This document shows positions 38,233 to 44,786 of a stretch of DNA of 55,438 bases, piece by piece. The stretch spans positions 1 through 55,438 of the forward strand of contig DATCJO010000210.1 in assembly GCA_036562765.1 (NCBI GenBank), written 5' to 3'. A program made the position numbers and the translations under genes. The stretch's first letter is position 1, and each line of letters begins with the position of its first letter. The stretch is from Tissierellaceae bacterium (lineage in GTDB: Bacteria; Bacillota; Clostridia; Tissierellales; Tissierellaceae). The notes beneath the pieces were generated by a model. That model did not search any database. It saw only the letters and a list, made by a program, of their open reading frames with translations, and was not told where the DNA came from.

Positions 38233-39462
38233 ATGGTTAAAGTAGTCGGAGTTAGATTTAAACGTGCAGGGAAAATATATTATTTTGACCCTGGTGATAT
38301 AGATGTAAAGCTAAATGATTTTGTAATAGTAGAAACTGCAAGAGGCATAGAATTTGGACATGTTGTGGTAGGGCCAAAGGAAGTGCCAGAAGAGGAAATA
38401 GTGGCTCCATTAAAAAATGTTATAAGGGTAGCAACAGATGAGGACTTTGAAATCCATAGGGAGAACAGGAGAAAGGCAAAGGAAGCCTTGGCAATATGCG
38501 AAAAGAAAGTGGAAGAACATGGGTTAGAGATGAAGCTAGTTGATGTTGAATATACCTTTGACAACAACAAGGTAATCTTTTACTTCACTGCTGATGGCAG
38601 AGTGGATTTCAGGGAATTGGTTAAGGATTTGGCTGCTATTTTCAAGACTCGAATCGAGCTAAGGCAAATAGGCGTTAGAGATGAAGCGAAGATGATAGGG
38701 GGTTTAGGCCCTTGCGGCAAGCCTGTGTGCTGTGCCCAATTTTTAGGAGAATTTGAACCTGTATCAATAAAGATGGCAAAGGAGCAAAATCTATCTTTAA
38801 ATCCTACTAAGATTTCAGGTTTATGTGGAAGGCTTATGTGCTGCTTGAAATTTGAGCATCAAGTATATGAGGAACTACTGCAAAAGATGCCTAAGATTGG
38901 TGCCATTGTAAATACTCCTGAAGGTAAAGGAACAGTAATAGAAACTTTCACATTACTTGAAAAAGTCAAAGTAAAGGTAAGGCTTCCAGATATGACAGAT
39001 GATTTATTTTTATTCCATATAAATGACATTGAAGATACAGGAGAAATGGACCCAGCCTATGAAAAATCTGGAGAAGCAGCTGAATTACCAGCAACAGAAG
39101 AAGCAAACATTGAAGAATTGGAAGAAAGTGAATTTAATGAAGTTAGCGGTTTAGATGATGTAAATGATGATGAAAATGGAGAAAAGGATTTACATTATGT
39201 AAGTGAAGAAAGGGAAATTAATGAAGAAGTCCAAGCAGAAAATCAAGAAGCACATCAAATAGAAAATGAAGTAACTGAAAGTGAAACAAGTGAAATAATC
39301 CTAGCAGATGATGAAGAAACAGAAGTTATTGAGGAAATTTATGAAGATAATGCTATTATTGAAGATAAAGTGGCAAATGTACAAGAATTGGAATCAGATG
39401 AAAAAAGAGACATAAATAATGAAAATGATAAAGATGATGAAGAGGTTGAGGATAAAGATTAA
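38233..39462 (+). CDS. ricT: PSP1-domain protein YaaT/RicT, with a D/E-rich C-terminal extension of about 150 aa.
   Basis: The PSP1 core has conserved Cys residues (GPCGKPVCCAQF, LCGRLMCCLKF). The acidic low-complexity tail runs from about aa 260 to 409. Confidence 0.85.
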   Translation: MVKVVGVRFKRAGKIYYFDPGDIDVKLNDFVIVETARGIEFGHVVVGPKEVPEEEIVAPLKNVIRVATDEDFEIHRENRRKAKEALAICEKKVEEHGLEMKLVDVEYTFDNNKVIFYFTADGRVDFRELVKDLAAIFKTRIELRQIGVRDEAKMIGGLGPCGKPVCCAQFLGEFEPVSIKMAKEQNLSLNPTKISGLCGRLMCCLKFEHQVYEELLQKMPKIGAIVNTPEGKGTVIETFTLLEKVKVKVRLPDMTDDLFLFHINDIEDTGEMDPAYEKSGEAAELPATEEANIEELEESEFNEVSGLDDVNDDENGEKDLHYVSEEREINEEVQAENQEAHQIENEVTESETSEIILADDEETEVIEEIYEDNAIIEDKVANVQELESDEKRDINNENDKDDEEVEDKD

Positions 39463-39571
39463 GGAAATTTAACAAAATGACTAAATATATAAAAATCTCT
39501 TTAATTGTATAATAAAATCTGATAGAATATTTATGTATTAGTCATTACCTTGACAAAGGGGGGTGTATTAA

Positions 39572-39739
39572 ATGGCATACAAGATTACTGATGCTTGCAT
39601 AGCTTGCGGTTCTTGCCAAGCAGAATGCCCAACTGGTTCAATTTCTGAAGGCGATATTTATGTTATAAACCCTGATACTTGCATTGATTGTGGTGCGTGT
39701 GCAAATGTTTGTCCTGTAGATGCTCCACAACCAGCATAA
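39572..39739 (+). CDS. fdx: Clostridial-type 2x[4Fe-4S] ferredoxin (55 aa). It is absent from the ORF track because it is under 60 aa.
   Basis: An AAAGGGGGG RBS precedes MAYKITDACIACGSCQAECPTGSISEGDIYVINPDTCIDCGACANVCPVDAPQPA*, with two CxxCxxCxxxCP motifs. A strong terminator follows. Confidence 0.85.
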   Translation: MAYKITDACIACGSCQAECPTGSISEGDIYVINPDTCIDCGACANVCPVDAPQPA

Positions 39740-39743
39740 CATT

Positions 39744-39772
39744 AAAAAAAAGACCCTTTCGGGTCTTTTTTA
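39744..39772 (+). terminator. Rho-independent terminator of the ferredoxin gene.
   Basis: A8-GACCC-TTTC-GGGTC-T6. Confidence 0.75.
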
Positions 39773-39783
39773 GTACATTTTAA

Positions 39784-39816
39784 CAATGCACAATGCACAA
39801 TTCACAATGCACAATT
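39784..39816. repeat. Tandem heptamer array (CACAAT[GT])n, which is ATTGTG[CA] on the other strand.
   Basis: It reads caatgcacaatgcacaattcacaatgcacaatt. Confidence 0.8.
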
Positions 39817-39822
39817 ATATTT

Positions 39823-39884
39823 AGTGAATAGTTCAGGTAAGCAGCGAAATTTACTCCTATAAATTATTAACTTTTCACTATTCA
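39823..39884. repeat. Inverted-repeat element AGTGAATAGTT, about 43-bp core, then CACTATTCA.
   Basis: The terminal inverted repeats match the element at 41612-41692, and the cores are homologous (AGGTA.G(A)AGC..AAAT..TATAAA..TTAAC.TTTT). Confidence 0.7.
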
Positions 39885-39911
39885 TTATTAATTAAGATAT
39901 TAATAATTGAG

Positions 39912-39976
39912 AATTGTGCATTCTTCATTGTGAATTAATTACAATTGTGCATTAAACATTGTGAATTGTGAATTGA
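39912..39976. repeat. ATTGTG[CA] heptamer array in the opposite orientation to 39784-39816.
   Basis: It reads aattgtgcattc..attgtgaatta..aattgtgcattaaacattgtgaattgtgaattg. Confidence 0.8.
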
Positions 39977-39998
39977 TAAAAGTAGAAAGGTGTTGTTA

Positions 39999-40745
39999 AT
40001 GCTAAATCCCAATGAGCGCATAGATATTATTCCTGGTACAAATTACAAGATAATCCAAAACAAAGAAAAGTTTTCCTATGGAATGGATGCCATTTTGTTG
40101 TCCTCTTTCGTCAAGGCTAAGGGAGTAGTAGTTGATTTAGGTACAGGGACGGGAATTATCCCCCTTAGGATATACAATGAAGAAAATGTGGATATAATCT
40201 ATGGTGTGGAAATACAAGAAGAAGTTGTCAATATGGCTAAAAGGTCTGTAGAATTAAACAATCTTCAGGATAAAATTAAGATTTTGAATGCTGACTTAAA
40301 GGAATTGACAAAACACTTTAAGAAGGCTTCAGTGGATGTGGTAACAACAAATCCACCATATATTAAAAAGGGTGCACTAATTAATCCCGCAGAAAACTTT
40401 GCCATATCCCGCCATGAAATTGCCTGCACAATAGAAGATATAATAAAGATTTCCAGTTATTTGCTGAAGCCATTAGGAAAGCTTTATATGGTACATAGGC
40501 CAAACAGGTTGGCAGATATAATATACAATCTTAGGAAATACAATATAGAACCTAAATATATAAGGTTCGTTCAACCTAAGATAGGTAAGAAGCCAAATCT
40601 GGTCTTGATGGAATGCGTAAAAGGCGGAAAGCCAGATTTAAAGTTTTATGACCCATTAATAGTCTATAATGACGACAACACTTATACTGATGAAATATTT
40701 AAAATATATGGAATGACAAAAGATGATATCCGAACATTGGAGTGA
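39999..40745 (+). CDS. SAM-dependent methyltransferase, tRNA (adenine37-N6)-methyltransferase TrmN6/YfiC-like (B. subtilis YabB position).
   Basis: The SAM-binding motif is VVDLGTGTGIIPL and the NPPY catalytic motif appears as TTNPPYI. The ATG at 39999 sits behind an AAAGGTG RBS. The track places the start at 39990. Confidence 0.75.
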   Translation: MLNPNERIDIIPGTNYKIIQNKEKFSYGMDAILLSSFVKAKGVVVDLGTGTGIIPLRIYNEENVDIIYGVEIQEEVVNMAKRSVELNNLQDKIKILNADLKELTKHFKKASVDVVTTNPPYIKKGALINPAENFAISRHEIACTIEDIIKISSYLLKPLGKLYMVHRPNRLADIIYNLRKYNIEPKYIRFVQPKIGKKPNLVLMECVKGGKPDLKFYDPLIVYNDDNTYTDEIFKIYGMTKDDIRTLE

Positions 40746-40749
40746 TAAG

Positions 40750-41574
40750 ATGAAAAAAGGGACACTGTATATATGCCCAACTCCTATAGGGAATCTTGAA
40801 GACATAACCTTGAGGGTATTAAAGGTATTAAAAGAGGTAGATTTAATAGCTGCAGAAGATACAAGGCATACAATTAAGCTTCTCAATCACTATGGTATAA
40901 AAAAGCCTTTAACATCATATCATGAGCACAATATTAAGGAAAAGGGAATTGAGCTAACAGAAAAGCTAAATCAAGGAATTAATATAGCCCTTGTATCAGA
41001 TGCAGGAATGCCGGGCATATCTGACCCCGGAGCAGATTTGATAAAAAAAGCCATAGATGAAGGCATCGATGTAGTACCCCTTCCTGGACCAACTGCCAGC
41101 ATTACTGCATTAATCATATCAGGTCTTCCTACAGACAAGTTCATCTTCTATGGTTTCCTTTCCTCAAAGAGAAATGAAAGAATTAAGGAATTAGAAGAAA
41201 TAAGAAAGTACAAGATGACAACAATTATATATGAAGCTCCCCACAGGCTGCTGGATTTACTTGAAGACATGGATAAAGTATTAGGCAATAGGAGAATATC
41301 TATTTCAAGGGAGCTAACAAAAAAATATGAAGAAACTTTTAGAGGAACACCAATGGAAGCTTTGGAAAAATTCAAATCCTCAGGCGTAAAGGGAGAATTT
41401 GTAATCGTAGTTGAAGGAAATAAAGAAGAAGAAAATTTAGATATAGATATAGAAGAAATTTTAAGGGAATATATAAGTCGAGGATATACCAAAAAAGAAG
41501 CTGTCAAAATTATCTCCCAAAAATATAATTTGCCTAAAAATGATGTCTATAAAATAAGCCTTAAATTAGATTAA
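40750..41574 (+). CDS. rsmI: 16S rRNA (cytidine1402-2'-O)-methyltransferase RsmI.
   Basis: MKKGTLYICPTPIGNLEDITLR is the tetrapyrrole-methylase-fold RsmI N-terminus. The track ORF starts at 40723. Confidence 0.9.
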   Translation: MKKGTLYICPTPIGNLEDITLRVLKVLKEVDLIAAEDTRHTIKLLNHYGIKKPLTSYHEHNIKEKGIELTEKLNQGINIALVSDAGMPGISDPGADLIKKAIDEGIDVVPLPGPTASITALIISGLPTDKFIFYGFLSSKRNERIKELEEIRKYKMTTIIYEAPHRLLDLLEDMDKVLGNRRISISRELTKKYEETFRGTPMEALEKFKSSGVKGEFVIVVEGNKEEENLDIDIEEILREYISRGYTKKEAVKIISQKYNLPKNDVYKISLKLD

Positions 41575-41611
41575 CAAATACACCAAATATAGTTAATAGT
41601 GTATAACGAAT

Positions 41612-41692
41612 AGTGAATAGTTTAGGTATGAAGCAAATAAATTCGCTTCTACTATAAAAAACTTTTTAACCTTTTACTATTCACTATTCACT
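41612..41692. repeat. Inverted-repeat element AGTGAATAGTT, about 53-bp core, then ACTATTCACTATTCACT.
   Basis: It has the same termini and a related core to the element at 39823-39884. Confidence 0.7.
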
Positions 41693-41704
41693 ATTAACTT
41701 TACC

Positions 41705-41761
41705 AATTCACAATTTAATCAATTATATAAATGGAAAAAATTGTGAATTGTGCATTGTGAA
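41705..41761. repeat. Operator/promoter-like unit with the layout AATTCACAATT, TCAATTATATAAATGGAAA, AATTGTGAATTGTGCATTGTGAA (copy A).
   Basis: It is nearly identical to 42776-42835. Internally it is palindromic (TTCACAAT...ATTGTGAA) and ends in the ATTGTG[AC] heptamers. Confidence 0.75.
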
Positions 41762-41924
41762 CTGATGAAGGGGGCTGGTTTTCATTTACAACATACACAA
41801 TGACCTAAAGGAGAAAATTAGCAGCTTAAACGACCTATTATACGAAAAATACAATACCATATTTTCTCAAGATAGAGAGTTTTTAAGAACGTTTATAAGA
41901 CAATATATCGGGCAAATTAAACCC

Positions 41925-42773
41925 ATGGAAAAGCTTGATAATAAGCATCTTGCTTTATATGAGGCAAAAGGTGGTATTGTTGGAGTAGATGGATCTACAA
42001 ACAGAGTAGGTGGAAGTTACCCTCACTTTGTAGAAGTCTTTCAAGGTTTAGCCAAATCCACTTTAATGAAGGACGAGCCTATCTATAAGGCAGATATTTA
42101 TTCCCCACTGTTTTCAAATATTCAAAAGAATGTTTTGGAAGAAGACGAAAAGAAGGAAATAGAAACTAAAAACAGATTATTATCTGACATTGAGGTAAAA
42201 GTTGCATTGGAGGCTGTAAAAAGATATAAGCCCTTTGGAGTATTAATGGATGGTTCATTAATTAGATACTATATATATTCCTATGATTTATGGATGCAGT
42301 TAAGAAGTGAATGTGAAGAAAAAGGTATTATACTTGTAGGAGTTATAAAGGATATAAAAACAACGATAATAGGCGACAAGCTTGGCGACGTTTACCCACA
42401 ATTTAGGATAAATGCCTATGACAGGGAGCTGTTGTTTGGAATATTAGATTATGGGGAAGTAATAATCATTGATGATGATGTAAACAGCAAGAAGAAATCA
42501 GGATATTCGTCTGTTTTCATGAGGTCTTCACGATCCCCAGCAGTTATTGGAATGGATATAATAGACAGTCAAAAGGATTATTTGGAAGAAATGAGTAGAC
42601 TTATCTTTACTTTGACACCAGAAAACAGCAGAGGAGTACCTTTATGGCTTGATTTGGTAGATAAGGAAGTCCAAATTTCCGATGCCCTAATGAAGGGATT
42701 GCTTGAAAGGTACTTGGACAGGGGCTTATATGAAAGATTTTTCGTATCAGAAAGAGCTAAAAGAACTTTATAA
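41925..42773 (+). CDS. NurA-like nuclease (RNase-H-like fold). The 5' end is uncertain because the frame stays open upstream to about 41769.
   Basis: 282 aa. There are two DGS motifs (GIVGVDGS and VLMDGSL) plus acidic clusters, as in NurA motifs. It sits directly upstream of a HerA-like ATPase. Confidence 0.5.
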   Translation: MEKLDNKHLALYEAKGGIVGVDGSTNRVGGSYPHFVEVFQGLAKSTLMKDEPIYKADIYSPLFSNIQKNVLEEDEKKEIETKNRLLSDIEVKVALEAVKRYKPFGVLMDGSLIRYYIYSYDLWMQLRSECEEKGIILVGVIKDIKTTIIGDKLGDVYPQFRINAYDRELLFGILDYGEVIIIDDDVNSKKKSGYSSVFMRSSRSPAVIGMDIIDSQKDYLEEMSRLIFTLTPENSRGVPLWLDLVDKEVQISDALMKGLLERYLDRGLYERFFVSERAKRTL

Positions 42774-42775
42774 TA

Positions 42776-42901
42776 ATTCACAATTCACAGTTTTATCAAT
42801 TATATAAATGGAAATAATTGTGAATTGTGCATTGACTAAGTGCATTGTGAATTAATTAAGTGAATTGTGCATTATAAATTGATTTAGTGCATTGTGAATT
42901 G
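42776..42901. repeat. Copy B of the operator-like unit plus an extended GTGCATTGTGAATT array.
   Basis: It reads aattcacaattcacag..tcaattatataaatggaaat aattgtgaattgtgcattg ..agtgcattgtgaatta..agtgaattgtgcatta..agtgcattgtgaattg, and lies immediately upstream of the HerA-like gene RBS. Confidence 0.75.
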
Positions 42902-42918
42902 ACAAAGGAGGTGTTTCT

Positions 42919-44766
42919 ATGAAAGTAGTTGGCATAACTACCCAACAGGAAGTTTACATAGGCTCTAGGGATAGAAACTTTAGAATAAATGAATTTGTAG
43001 TAATTGAAGATCCGCAACAAAAGGATTTATTGGGGGAAGTCGTTGAAGCATATACCTTTAATAGATATATTCCTCTAAACATTGGCGGAGATTTCATAGA
43101 CAATTCTGTTTTGGAATCCTTAAAGTCTTTGGGTTATAATATAGACGAAGAGACTATTTATGTTGCAAAAGTAAGGTTACTAAACGAAGCTTTATATCCA
43201 ATTCAAACTGGTTCAGATGTAAGGCTGCCTAAGTTTAATGAAATAAAGAACCTAATGATTAAGGCGACCAAGGAAGATGGCTTGGTTTTAGGAACTATTA
43301 GGAATACAGACGATATGGCAGGTGAAATGGACCAAGAATTTAAGAATCTATTATATACCTTTGAAGACAATGAGTTATGCCCTCAAAGGGAAATTCCATT
43401 TATATTGGATTTGAAATCCATGTACCAGTATCCTCACATAGGTGTCTTTGGTGGTTCTGGCTCAGGCAAGTCCTTTGGCCTTAGGGTAATACTTGAGGAG
43501 TTAATGAGGCACAATATACCAACTATCGTATTAGATCCCCATTTTGAAATGGACTTTAGTGAAAATGCACCATATTTTGAAAACAGCGAAATAGATTTTA
43601 CTGATAGATTTAAATGCTTGCAAGTAGGATACCATGTTGGTGTAAAATTCCAGGATTTAAGTCCTCAAGATTTAAAAAACCTACTAGATGCTGCATCGCC
43701 AATTACGGATGCTATGAACAATGCAGTAGATGTATTGTTTAAATATAATGATTCATTTCAAAGTTTTTATGATAGAATAAAGATGTTAATTGAAGCTCAA
43801 GAAGAAGGTTCTTTAGAAAAAATTGAAAACAGGATAAACCAAGCGGAAAATGAAGAGGAAAGAAAAGCATGGGAGAAAAGAAAAGAACTCTATTTGTCCT
43901 ATGATAAGACATGCCCATACAGCTCTGTTAGAGGCATAATGTGGAGGTTAAAAAGGCTAGACAATGAAGGCATATTTTCTAAGGATATAAGAGAGATTGA
44001 AGATGGTCTTCAAAGAGGAAAACTGATTGTCATTCAAGGTAATACTAGGATACTTCAAGTATTCAGTACCTATCTATTAAATAACCTTTATCATAAGAGA
44101 AGGGATTATAAGGATTCACAGTACAAGAATACACCTTCTGATTATTTCCCACCATTTATAATAGTTACTGATGAAGCCCACAATTTTGCACCAAAGGGTT
44201 ATAACTCCCCATCCAAGTCAATATTGAAGGAAATATCTCAAGAAGGAAGAAAATACGGAGTATTTCTAATTTTAGCTACCCAAAGGCCTACCCTCTTGGA
44301 TGAAACCATTACTGCTCAGTTAAATACTAAATTTATCTTCAGAACCGTAAGGGCCTCAGACATTCAAACTATAAAGGAAGAAACAGACCTTACTGTAGAA
44401 GAAACAAGAAGGCTTCCATATTTGAGAACAGGAGATGTGTTTATATCTTCTGCAGCTATGGGAAGAACCATATTTGCAAGAATAAGGGCAGCTATTACAT
44501 CTAGCCCCCATACAGAAAACCCATTTGATGAATTGAAAAATAAGGAAAAAGAAGACGAGGATAGATTTTTAAATATGATAAAGACCAAACTTCCCATAAT
44601 GGAAACCGACTTAATAAATCTCATATCAGAACTGGAAAAGGAATATGATGTTACATTTACTGTGAATTCTTTGGAAGATAGGTTAAAAACACTAGCAAAA
44701 AAAGGATTGATATGTAGGGAAGAAACAATTTTTGGGTATAAATATTATATTCCTAAAGCTAATTAA
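42919..44766 (+). CDS. HerA/FtsK-class ATPase (DUF87-type) with a C-terminal extension of about 100 aa.
   Basis: Strong AGGAGG RBS. Walker A is GVFGGSGSGKSFGL and Walker B is FIIVTDEAHNF. An N-terminal beta-barrel-like region is followed by a RecA-like core. Confidence 0.7.
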   Translation: MKVVGITTQQEVYIGSRDRNFRINEFVVIEDPQQKDLLGEVVEAYTFNRYIPLNIGGDFIDNSVLESLKSLGYNIDEETIYVAKVRLLNEALYPIQTGSDVRLPKFNEIKNLMIKATKEDGLVLGTIRNTDDMAGEMDQEFKNLLYTFEDNELCPQREIPFILDLKSMYQYPHIGVFGGSGSGKSFGLRVILEELMRHNIPTIVLDPHFEMDFSENAPYFENSEIDFTDRFKCLQVGYHVGVKFQDLSPQDLKNLLDAASPITDAMNNAVDVLFKYNDSFQSFYDRIKMLIEAQEEGSLEKIENRINQAENEEERKAWEKRKELYLSYDKTCPYSSVRGIMWRLKRLDNEGIFSKDIREIEDGLQRGKLIVIQGNTRILQVFSTYLLNNLYHKRRDYKDSQYKNTPSDYFPPFIIVTDEAHNFAPKGYNSPSKSILKEISQEGRKYGVFLILATQRPTLLDETITAQLNTKFIFRTVRASDIQTIKEETDLTVEETRRLPYLRTGDVFISSAAMGRTIFARIRAAITSSPHTENPFDELKNKEKEDEDRFLNMIKTKLPIMETDLINLISELEKEYDVTFTVNSLEDRLKTLAKKGLICREETIFGYKYYIPKAN

Positions 44767-44786
44767 GTACCAGGGTGGTAATACTC

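Noticed and set aside
39784-39976. The ATTGTGA/TGTGAATTA motifs could be DnaA boxes (TTATNCACA), or the TTGTGAA units could be Rex half-sites.
   Set aside because: The best alignments to the DnaA box keep 7 of 9 positions, with both leading T positions mismatched. Rex needs a TTGTGAA-N4-TTCACAA palindrome, and here the half-sites are direct repeats or are spaced about 27 bp apart.
39784-42901. The heptamer repeat arrays could be a CRISPR array.
   Set aside because: The units are only 7-14 bp, and they abut with no regularly sized spacers. There are no cas genes. The pattern is that of iterons or operator repeats.
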